Source of the DNA: Azolla caroliniana
Taxonomy: Eukaryota > Plantae > Polypodiophyta
Assembly (NCBI GenBank): GCA_043228905.1
Contig: JBHGNT010000001.1
Span: forward strand, 19,530,001 to 19,594,000
Direction of reading: 5' to 3'
DNA length: 64,000 bases
Of the stretch, positions 1 to 11,102 are shown piece by piece; the first letter of the stretch is position 1; each line of letters starts with the position of its first letter. The position numbers and the translations under genes were made by a program. The notes beneath the pieces were generated by a model that saw only the letters and a program-made list of their open reading frames with translations, ran no database searches and was not told the origin of the DNA.

Positions 1-51
1 CTCTCAAGGGTGTGTTCACACATTAGACTAGGTTGAGCTTGATTCTCAACA
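1..51 (-). repeat. Partial 3' LTR of Copia A
   Basis: Identical to 18130-18180 (...gattctcaaca). A PPT-like tract is adjacent at 52-62. Confidence 0.9.
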
Positions 52-229
52 AGCCCCATCAAGCTCAACTTTGGTCGGCTTATCCACTTCGGCTGGTACC
101 CGGTTTAGACGGTATTCGGTTCTCTCTTGTTTGGTGTTTGTTTCGGCTGATACCCGGTTCAGCGTACTCCCCCTCAAGCTTGGCAAGTTAGGGATCGTCA
201 ATCCAATGTTTGACATGAATTGTCGAAGC

Positions 230-1073
230 TTGTCAACTCTTAGGGCTTTTGTGAAGATGTCGGTTGTCTAAAGATTCGTGCTGACGTGTTGAAGGTCGAC
301 ATCTCCAACCTAAATGCGCTCTCGAATGAAGTGATAGTCCACTTCGATATGCTTCGTGCGTGCGTGGAACATGGGGTTCTGAGCCAAATGAATATTGCTC
401 ATGTTGTCGCAGTAAAGGGGAATCAGATCTTTGATGGGAACACCCAGATCCTTCAATATCCTCTTGAGCCATATGGCTTCACATGCAACCACCACCACAC
501 CCCTGTATTCGGCCTCTGTGCTCGAAAGAGAGAGGGTTGGTTGCTTCTGGCTACTCCAGGAGATGGCTCCACTTTCGAGGGAGAAGACAAAACCAGAGGT
601 TGATCGTCAATCGGCTTCGTCGCTGCCTAGTCGGCATCTGTGTACCCTTCGAGTTGAATTGGCGTGGCCAACTTATAGAGTCATGCAGTTTGCATAATTT
701 GGCTAAGGAGGCCGACTGCATAACTGAGGTCGGGTCGAGTGATCGTGAGATAGATGAGGCTCTCGATTAGTTGTCAGTACTGAGTCGACTCACATTCTTT
801 TGTGCCAGAGTTGGCATCCAATTTGAGGTTTCAATCGAGAGGGGTTGCCACATATTTACACTCAGTCATTCCGAACTTGTATAACAAGTTGAGGATGTAG
901 TGCCGTTGGGAGATCATAATACCGACTGGAGTCCGAATTACCTCGATGCCAAGGAAGTAATGGAGCTCCTTCATGTCCGTCATCTCGAATTTGTTGGAGA
1001 GAAGGGACTTCACCTTGTTGATGTCGACTAGACTTTCACCTCCAATGACCAGATCATCCACATATAGGATGAT
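230..1073 (-). pseudogene. Copia A RT C-terminus and RNase H remnant
   Basis: ORF fragments DDLVIGG...KELHYFLGIEV and [25 protein letters not shown], with stops and frameshifts. Confidence 0.9.
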
Positions 1074-1488
1074 TGCAAAAACGAAGGTGCGGAAGCGTCA
1101 GACAAACCGACTCCGCCAGGTAGCAATAGACAGAGATAGAGAGAAACACAGAGTGTACGCGGAAGAGACAAAGAATGAGCAGAACAAAATAATCTATTCC
1201 AAAACAATAATAGTTCTCCCTCTCTTTACAACATGCTTCAACAACACTATTTATACAAGTCCTAAGAGGACTGACAGAAGTACGGTGTACTTCAATGCTC
1301 ACACGAGCGTCTGACACTAACTACAAGTCATTAACTACCTAGTAGTCTAGGCTGCTACAAGGCTTCTGGTTACTGCTAGATCCGGCTAACCGGCTCCCCA
1401 ACTCACCGGCTTACTTGCTCACCAACTCACCGATCCGGCTCATCCTTCCGGATACCGATCCGGATCCGGTTGAGCTTGCCGCTCAACA
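1074..1488 (-). repeat. 3' LTR of Copia B
   Basis: Direct repeat of 6515-6926. Confidence 0.95.
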
Positions 1489-1632
1489 CTCCCCCTCAAG
1501 CTCAACTTGAGGTCGGATCGTAGTGTCAGTTTCCATGGCAGTCGGTCCTTCCACCCGGCTCCTTCTGGCGTCACTCCACCTCGCTCGCGCTCCTCGTCCG
1601 GTCCGGTTCTGTTTGCCACGACCCTTCTGATT

Positions 1633-4600
1633 CTACGCACATCGACCTCCTCGGTCGGCTTGTCTGCTCAACAGGCCCAATTCAGCTCCCTCGCAGCTGT
1701 GACTTCGGTGCTTGTCGACCCGCCGGTTCCTTCGTGTTGGCGTCGACTTCCGCTGCCTTCTCGTCCGCTTGATCTTCAGTTGATCCGGTTCTTCTGAATC
1801 CGTCTGTTGAACCGAATCGGCTGTCTCCGATTCGTTCCAGCTCTTGTCCGAATTGGTCGCTCTTGATTCATCTTCCGGTTTCAAGCCCTTCACCACATTG
1901 GACCATGTCCGGGTCTTGGCCTTCTTCTTCCGGTTGGCTCTATCCTTCTTGACTCTGCCACCACTGCCGCTTGTTCTGACTTGTTCGAATGTGTCAATTT
2001 TCTTTGTCGACTCGGCTCCTTTCTTCTTCATTTCTCACCCTTTGTCGGTTCTTCCCTCACTGACGCAATCGACAGTATCTTTGCATTTGCCCATTCCGAT
2101 GTCTTTGCCCGTTCTCCCCCTCAAGTGTGGCATGTCGAGATGTTGAACACCAAGCATTTTGATGAAGTGCTACAACTTGTCCGATTCGAGCGGTTTGGTG
2201 AAGATGTCGGCAACTTGCTGATCCGTATGAACATACCGAAGTTCGACTTCACCGCTCAGGACACACTCACGCACGAAGTGGTAGTGCACTTCTATGTGCT
2301 TTGTGTGAGCATGGAATACGGGGTTCTTGGCGAGCTACATGCTGCTTATGTTGTCGTAGTAGATTAGGATCGAGGTCGGCACCTCGATACGCAGGTCTTG
2401 CAGCAGGCGCCGAAGCCAAATGGCTTCACAGGTGGCAACGATAGGGCCCCGGTATTCAGCCTCAATGCTCGAAAGGGCCACTGTTGGCTGCTTTTTGCTA
2501 CTCCATGCAATAGCTGCGCTACCAAGGGAAAACATATAGCCGGAGGTGGATCAACGATCTGATGCATCGACGGCCTAGTTAGAATCGGTGTAGCCGACTA
2601 GCTCTTCGGTTATACCATGCCGGTATAACTGTCCTCGGTCCTTCGTGCCGCTCACATATCGCAAAATTCGATGCGTGCACAGAAGGTGCTCCACGGTCGG
2701 CTTCTGCATATATTGGCTGATCACGCCGACCGGATAATTGATGTTGGGTCGGGTGATTGTCAAATATATAAGGCTTCCAACGATTTGTTGGAACCGCTTC
2801 TCATTGTAGGCCAGTCCGAAGTCGGGACGGAGCTTCAGGTTCCGGTCTAGGGGTGTGGAGATCAGTCGGCATTCTGCCATGCCGAACTTGTACAACACAT
2901 TCAACACATAGTGTCTTTGTGAGAGCAATATGCTGTAGAGGGTTTGGATCACCTCGATCCCAAGGAAATAGTGAAGGTCCCCTAGGTCCTTCATCTCAAA
3001 TGCTTCCGATAGCTGGGACTTGACTCGGCTGATTCCATCAAGTTCAGGTTCGGTGATGACTAGATCATCAACATACAGTAAGATGCAAACCGGACCATCC
3101 GAACCTTGCCGGATGAACAACGAAGAGTCGGACTTGGAGGCTGCAAACCCCATCTTACGCAACCGGTGCGTGATCTTCACATTCCAAGCTCGGGGGCTTG
3201 CTTCAGGCCATAAAGTGACTTCTTCAGCCGGCATACCGCTGACTTGTTCATCTTCGACTGGAAACCGGGGGGTTGGGTCATAAAGACCTCTTCTTCAAGT
3301 TCACCTTGAAGAAATGCATTCTTCACGTCCATCTGGTGAAGATACCACCCCCTTGCCGCAACAACTGCCAACACCACACGAACCATCGTCATCTTCGCTA
3401 CCGGAGCGAAGGTCTCGTCGTAGTCGATTTCGTGGGTCTGCGCGTATCCCTTCACCACTAACCGGGCCTTGTACCGGTTAACCGAACCGTCATCATTATA
3501 CTTTACCTTGTACACCCACTTACATCCGATCGGTTTACAGTATCGGGGAGGGTCAACTAGGTCCCATGTGTCGTTGGCATCAAGTGCCCGCATTTCTTCC
3601 TCCATAGCGGCACGCCAATTGGCGTCCTTTGCTGCTTCTGCATAGCTCTCCGGCTCATGCACTTCCGCCACCTTAGTCATGTACGCATAATGATGCGCCA
3701 TGTACTCATTGTACCCGTACCGCTTCACGGGGTTCTTCTGGCAGGAAGATCGGCGTATCTTATCGTTACCCGGTTTGAGGCCCTTCTTGGCCGGTTCGAA
3801 CTTTGTTCTTGAAAATCTGCCTTCATCCTTTCCGAAGTCGGATTCGCTCCGATCCGACTCAACGTTGCCGGTTTTGTATTCTGGCATTTGCTTCTTCCCC
3901 TTCTCTTTGCGCGTGAACCGTCTCCTCGGTTCCTTGCGCGGGGAGAGCACGACTGAGTCTCCACTACTCGCTGGTTCCTCATCCGACTGGTCATCCCGAC
4001 TCAGCCACTCATTCAGTCCACTCAACCGAAATGATTCCGGACTCACATCTAGAGTCTCGAACCCTTCGTCTTCTAACTGGACCGGTTTAGGCTCACTAGC
4101 CTCATCCTCTAGTATCGGGTCGGGGTCGGAAGTCGGAGCCGGTAAGGCATACCATGATGCCGTCTCATCAAACTCAACATCCCGGCTAACTTGGGCCTAC
4201 TTCGTCCAAGGGTTATAACACTTATACCCCTTTTGCTCATGCGAGTAACCGACCAGGATGCATTTGTTCGACTTTGCATCCAACTTCCTCCGCTTCTCAT
4301 TCGACACATTCACATACGCAATGCTACCGAATATCTGAAGGTGTCTCAGATTCGGCTTGCGCCCAAAATACAGTTCATGCGCGAACACCTTGTCAGCGAT
4401 CCGGTTTTGGATGTAGAGAGCCATCCAGGCTGCCTCAACCCAGTAGAAATGGGGCATGCTCTTCTCCTCTAGCATTGCCCTTGCTGCGTCGACAATCGAC
4501 CGGTTCTTCCTTTCGGCCACACCGTTTTCCTCTGGTGTGTACCTGTAGCTGAATTCTCTCTGAATTCCATTCTACTGCAGATAACTGTTGAATTGGCCGG

Positions 4601-6425
4601 ATAAGTATTCTTTCCTGCCATTCGACCGCAGGCACTTGATATTCCTCTTTGTTTCTCGTTCAACCAGTCTTTGCAGGGTCCGAAAACACTCGAAGACTTC
4701 GCTCTTCCACTCAATGAGGTAGATCCACGTATGCCGACTGTAGTCGTCGATGAAGGATACGAAATACCGACTCCTGCCAAGACTAACATTTTGTGTCGGT
4801 CCCCATACATCTGAATGAATAAGGTCGAGGTTGTTATGGCTACGGTTTCATTCGGTGGGGAATGGAAGCCGGTGTTGCTACCTGAGTTGGTAAGCTTCAC
4901 AAATTTCGGCCTTCCGGCTGCAAAGTTTCACCAAACCGAAAATGACTTGTTTCGATTGTAGGTCTTGAAGCCTTCGATAATTGACGTGGCTGATCCGCTT
5001 GTGTGAGAGATTGATATCCGATTCAATCTTCTGTCCTTTTGCGTACAAAGCGGTTCTGACGTCATTGGTGTCGAGGATAAACATCCTCCCATCTCTGCGC
5101 CCTTGCGCGATGATTTGGCCCTCTTCCTCGATGAAGCACCCAAGGTGCGTAAACCTCACCTGCATCCCTTGGTCGACAATCTGTCCAACCGACACCAGGT
5201 TCTTCGTGAAAGTCGGAACGTGTAATACGTTCATCAGCTTCCCTGTTTGTCCGACGTGGCTCAAAGGGACTTCTCCGACATGCATGATTGGGTGAGGAGT
5301 GTCGTCTCCGATTTCGACAACTCCCTGTTGTTCCGGTTTCTCCAGGAAAGAGAACCACTCCTTGTGGCTGGTCATGTGATTCGACGCACCGGAGTTAACG
5401 TACCACACTTCCTCCGATTTGAAAGTGGTCTTCTTCATTGAGTTAGCCTCGTGTTTCATCACCAAGGTTGGCCCTTTACCGGCTTTTCCGGTTTTGGATC
5501 CTCCCGATCCTTCTGCGAAGTGCGAGTATTGTCAGTTCTCTCTACCGGCCTTGCCGGATCCGGATCTGTCTGAATCGGCACGCTTCTTCCAGCACTTGCT
5601 TTCTCTATGGCCCTTTTTACCAAAATACCAGCATTCCGTGTCGGCCTTGGCTTGTCAGCCTCCGGCGTCGCCTTGACTCCCCCTGCTTGTGGAGGGTCCA
5701 GAACTGCTATCGGCACGTTCTCTGTGCCTTTGGTCCTGCACTTGCCGGCCGCTACCGTTGCGAGCCGACCTGCCTCGTCCACCATGCCCATGGGGCCGAT
5801 CCGCCTCCGTGTACAACATCCGACTGTCGGTGGGTGCACTTGTTGACGCACCAACGTGGTTCTCCTCTACAAGGAGCATCGACTATAAGTCGAAAAATGA
5901 CAGCGTATTCTCCCTTGTACATACCGCCGTTCGGAACGCTCTGAACTTAGACGCTAGGCCCCCAAGACAGATCTACACCATCTCATCTTCCTCTATAGTG
6001 ACATTGATAGAGGCAAGTGAGACACATATCTCTTTGATTCGGACCATGTAATTGGCTACCGATATGTCCTTCTATCGGACATTGCTCAACTCCTGTCGGG
6101 GTTGCAGCTTCTGGGCCGTAGTGCTTGCCGCGAAAACCTTCTTCAGGTTTCCCCAAGATTCTTTTGGCGTCTTGGCATCTCGGACATGGCTCAACAGCTG
6201 GTCTCCGACACTAAACGCAAAGCAGTACATAACTCTGCTTGCCGCTTGTTCCCACACTGGGAAGTTCTTGTGTGCTGCATCAAGTGTTGTGTCATTAGCT
6301 ATGTCGACATAGCTCCAGTAACCATGCCCAAGTAGGTACTGGTGCATCTTGTATGACCAAAATGCATAGTTGGATCTGTCGAGCTTCTCCACCGGGAGCG
6401 AGCTAGCCATTCCTCTGTCCATCAC
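1633..6425 (-). pseudogene. Copia B gag-pol, with stops and frameshifts and an in-frame C-terminal extension
   Basis: Gag MASSLPVEKLDRSNY, CCHC knuckle, PR WYVNSGASNHM, INT AERKNR, RT YKARLV and [22 protein letters not shown]. Confidence 0.95.
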
Positions 6426-6502
6426 TTCTCTTTTTCTTTTTACCGGGTCTTAGGGTTTGTCTTCAGATGCTGATGTCGGCTGTAGAGGTTCTCAACCCTC
6501 AC

Positions 6503-6514
6503 GCTCTGATACCA
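6503..6514 (-). promoter_or_regulatory. Primer binding site (tRNA-iMet) of Copia B
   Basis: TGGTATCAGAGC on the minus strand, immediately inside the 5' LTR. Confidence 0.95.
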
Positions 6515-6926
6515 TGCAAAAACGAAGGTGAGGAAGCGTCAAACAAACCGGCTCCGCCGGGTAGTAACAAATAGAGAGAGAGAAACACAGAGTGTACGCG
6601 GGAGAGAAAGAGAATGAGCAGAACAAAATAATCTATTCCAAAACAATAATAGTTCTCCCTCTCTTTACAACATGCTTCAACAACACTATTTATACAAGTG
6701 CTAAGAGGATTGACAAAAGTACAGTGTACTTCAATTCTCACACGAGCATCTGACACTAACTACGAGTCATTAACTACCTAGCCATCTAGGCTACTACTAG
6801 GCTTCCGATTACTGCTGGATCCGGCTAACCGGCTCCCTAGCTCACTGGCTTACTTGCTCACCGGCTCACCGATCCGGCTCAGGCTTATTTAGCCGATCCG
6901 GATCGGGTTGAGCTTGCCGCTCAACA
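6515..6926 (-). repeat. 5' LTR of Copia B
   Basis: Direct repeat of 1074-1488, adjacent to the PBS. Confidence 0.95.
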
Positions 6927-7159
6927 ATGATGACAATCGGGCTTTCAGAGTCATTTCGTACGTAGAGGGAGTTGTCGGATTTCGACATTCGAAAGCCGAT
7001 TTGATGAAGATATTGCGTTATCTTTGAATGCCCAACACACAACGCTTGCTTAAGGCCATAGAGAGGCTTCTTGAATTAGCAGACGACTTTCGGATGAATG
7101 TTGGATTCGAAGCCGGGTGGTTGTACCTGTTAGGATTTCGGTCCCTCCGGATGGGATAT

Positions 7160-7320
7160 GAGTACCCGGCAATGGAAGACCCGGTGAGAACCGGATGATG
7201 AGTACCCAGCAAGGAAGACCTGGTGAGAACCAGATGATGGTTACCCGGCAAGGAAGACCTGGTGAGAACCGGATGATGGGTACCCAGCAAGGAAGACCTG
7301 GTGAGAACCGAATGACGTAG
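7160..7320 (+). repeat. 39-bp tandem repeat in the U3 of the C 5' LTR (4 units; 3 units in the 3' LTR at ~10925-11045)
   Basis: Unit GGAAGACCYGGTGAGAACCRGATGATGRGTACCCRGCAA. Confidence 0.9.
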
Positions 7321-7725
7321 GCTTGGTGAGAACCTCTCATCAGATGAAGGGACATATATGTAAATATGTTCCTGTTTGCCCATTGTGGCTTTATTTGTAA
7401 ATAGCCTGAAGGTCATATTAGTATAAATATGACCTAGGGCAAACAAAGACATATACATATATTTTTTGGTGTTGATTGTATATTGTTGTAACTGTTGTAC
7501 AGAGAGAGAGAGAGAGAGTCTTTGTTGTAACCGCCGCCAGGTGAAGATTGTGAGCACGAGGTCATTGCCTCTGTGTTCCCCTATTGTATTCCTCTTAGAC
7601 ATAGTGATAGTTTGGAGCTTGTGGGCTCCCATGGTTTTTCCCGTTTAGGGTTTTCCACATAAACATCCTGTGCACTCTCTCTTGTTTCTTGTTGTCTGTG
7701 TGTACGCGTATTTCTCCTCCGATCC

Positions 7726-10700
7726 CATTCTTGCCGTCGACGAGACAATGTGGGTTGTCGACTCTGGAGTGTCGTTCAGCCTCACCCCGGACCGGAAATG
7801 CTTCTCATCCTACACGGCGGGTGAGCACGACTGTGTCCGCATGGGGAATGAAGGGACATGCAAAATTATCGGCATAGGAGATGTGCTGTTGACGACGTCA
7901 ACCAGATGCAAGTTGCTGCTCAAGGATGTCCAACATGTTCCGGAGGTTCGACTGAACTTGATATCAGCCGATTGGCTAGATGATGAAGGCTACACAAGTA
8001 GCGTCCGGAATGGTGTCATGAAGTTCTGCAAAGGGAGCTTAATAGTGGCTCGATCATGGAAGGTCAACACATTGTACTTGATGAATGTCCGGATATGCCG
8101 GGAAGAAGTGAACGTAGCATCCGACACTGCCGGTGAGCTGTAGCACAAAAGACTGTGTCACATGAGTGAGAAGGGGATGAAGAGGCTTGCCGAAGACAAC
8201 CTCATTCCGGTGAAGGACGTGCAACTTGAGAAGTGCACCGATTGCTTGGCTGACAAGAAAAACCGAACCTCCTTCCGATCAAGACCACCGATGAGACGAA
8301 ATGCACCACTAGAGCTGATGCATACCGATGTGTGTCAAGTGGACACGAAGTCACATGCCGGATCATAGTACTTCGTGATGTTCATAGATGACCACAACCG
8401 GAAGTTGTGGGTCTCGCCGCTGAAGATGAAGGACCAGGTGTTATCCGTCTTCAAGGAGCTCCATGCGAGAGTGGAAAGAGAAACCGACTGGAAGCTTAAA
8501 GTGGTTCGAGCAGATAACGGAGGAGAATACCGGGGGTAGTTTGAGGAGTACTGCCGCTTGAAGGGAATCCGGCTCGAATTTACCATGCCGAAGACGCCAG
8601 AACTCAATGGGCTGGCTGAGAGGATGAACCGGACCATAATGGAGAGAGTCTGGAGTATGCTAGCACATGCCAAGTTACCTAAGACGTTTTGGGCTGAGGC
8701 GCTGACGACAACGACATACGTGATAAACATATCACCCTTAGTACCCTTGGATGGAGACACGCCGCAGAGAGTGTGGACCGGTAAGGAAGTGTCTTACTGT
8801 CATCTGAAGGTGTTCGGGTGTCTCGCTTACGTGCATGTGGCAAAGGACCGGAGAGTAAAGTTGGATCCAACGTCCCGGCCTTGCATATTCCTCGGATATG
8901 GCGATGATGAGTTCGGCTACAGAGTGTGGGGCCCCGTCAACAAGAAGATGTTCTGGAGTCGAGATATTACCTTCATGGAGGACAAGACCCTTGCCGACTA
9001 GGACTCGGAGAAGAAGATAATGAACTCTGAGTCGACCGGTAAGGATCGGTTCGATGAGATTCGGACCTACCCGGCTAAGAGTCGGCCGACACTCGAAGAA
9101 TCAGCCGGTTACGTTGAGGATACCGAACCGGCAGAAGAAGAAGAAGAGGAAGTTGGAACCAGAATTGGCCATGATCCCGAACCAGATTCGGATGAAGAAC
9201 AGACGCAAGAGCCGGTTACCGAAAACCGAAGTCGGAGATATCCTCTTCGGGAGAGAAGAGCCCCCCAAAGATTTCCGGATGCAGAGCCTGTGTTGTTAAC
9301 CGATGAGGGGGAGCCGGAAAGCTTTGAAGAAGCAAGGGGAGACACCCACATCCGCAAGTGGTTGAGTGCCATGCAGGACGAGATGGATTCCCTACATGAG
9401 AACCACACATACGAATTGGTGGAGTTGCCGAAAGGAAAGAGGGAACTCCGGAACAAGTGGGTGTACAAGCTAAAACCGGGAGACGCCGGAAATCCACCAA
9501 GGTATAAGGCCTGAATTGTGGTGAAGGGCTTCCAGCAGAAGAAAGGAGTGGACTTCGATGAGATCTTTGCCCTGGTAGTAAAGATGACTTCCATCCGGAC
9601 GGTATTTAGCATAACGGCAAGCATGGACCTCGAGGTAGAGCAGTTAGACGTGAAGACGACATTCCTCCATGGCGACGTCGAAGAGGGGATCTACATGCAG
9701 CAACTAGAGGGATTTGTGAAGATAGGGAAGGAGCACCTGGTTTGTCGGTTGAAGAAGAGCCTCTATGGTTTGAAGCAGGCTCCCCAGCAATGGTACCAGA
9801 AGTTCGACTCCTTCATGACCGATCAAGGGTACCACAAGACGTAGACCAATCACTGCGTATTTGTGAAGAAGTTCGAAGGTGGAGACTTTTTGATACTCCT
9901 CCTGTACGTGGACGACATGTTGATCGTCGGATGAGACCAAGTCAAGATACGGACGTTGAAGAAGGCTTTGAACTGGACCTTCTCAATGAAAGACTTGGGT
10001 CCGGCAAGATAGATATTGGGGATGCATATCATCCAGGACCGGTCGAAGAAGCAATTGTGGCTATCACAGGAAAAGTATGTGACAAATGTGCTTCAGCGGT
10101 TTAACATGTCAAAAGCAAAACCGGTCAAATCGACACTCCCAGAAAACTGCAGATTATCCAGTAAGCAAAGCCCGAAGACAAAGGCAGAGAAGGCGGATAT
10201 GATGAAGATTCCATATGTCTCTGCAGTCGGGAGCTTGATGTACGCAATGGTGTGTACCCGACCAGATATTGGATACGCAGTAGGAGTGGTGAGCCGGTTC
10301 ATGAGAAATCCCGGCAAGGAGCACTGGAATGCAGTAAAATGGATACTTTGGTATCTGAAGGGCACTTTGAGTATGTGCCTCCGATTCAGCTAAGGTAAAC
10401 CCCAACTTGACGGATTCACGGATTCGGACATTTCGGCTAATGTGGACACCAACCGGTCAACTTTCGGATATGTCATGAGCTACGCCGGGGGAGTCGTTTC
10501 GTGGCAGTCGAGTTTGTAGAAGACGGTTGCGTTGTCAACCACGGAGGCAGAGTACATGGCAACCGTGGAAGCTGGCAAGGAAATATTATGGATGAAGGAC
10601 TTCATCGGAGAGCTAGGGATCCGGCAAGAGGAATACCGACTCTACTGCGACAGTCAAAATGCCATTCACCTTGCAAAGAACGCGGCATACCATTCCAGAA

Positions 10701-10882
10701 CGAAGCACATCTAGCGTAGGTACCATTGGATCCGGGAGCGAGTTGAAGATCGAGAGTTCGTGCTAATGAAGATCCACACAGAGGAGAACGGGTCGGATAT
10801 GCTGACCAAAGTGCTGACACTCGACAAGCTAGATGCATGTAGGAAGAGGATCGGATTGACGAGGCATCCCATGCCGGAGTGA
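7726..10882 (+). pseudogene. Copia C pol remnant (PR-INT-RT-RH)
   Basis: Mostly one reading frame broken by in-frame stops (ORFs 7670-10714). Confidence 0.93.
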
Positions 10883-11102
10883 AGGGGGAGTTTGTTAGAA
10901 TTTAGGTCCCTCCGGATGGGATATGAGTACCCGACAATGGAAGACCCGGTGAGAACCGGATGACGAGTACCCGGCAAGGAAGACCCGGTTAGAACCGGAT
11001 GATGGGTACTCGGCAAGGAAGACCTGGTGAGAACCAGATGATGCAAGCCTGGTGAGAACCTCTCACCGAATGAAGGGACATATATGTAAATATGTTCCTG
11101 TT

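Larger units (their letters stand above)
1074..6926 (-). mobile_element. Ty1/Copia LTR retrotransposon B, full length but degenerate
   Basis: LTRs 1074-1488 and 6515-6926 (TG...CA). TSD ATGAT at 1069-1073 and 6927-6931. PBS 6503-6514, PPT 1489-1500. Domain order gag-PR-INT-RT-RH. Confidence 0.97.
7128..11102 (+). mobile_element. Ty1/Copia C (Tnt1-like); gag and PBS deleted, 3' LTR truncated
   Basis: 5' LTR 7128 to ~7725 joins directly to PR (WVVDSG). INT TPELNGLAERMNRT, RT LLLYVDDML, RH 10500-10880. PPT GAAGGGGGAG at 10881-10890. 3' LTR 10893-11102 matches 7128-7376. Confidence 0.9.
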
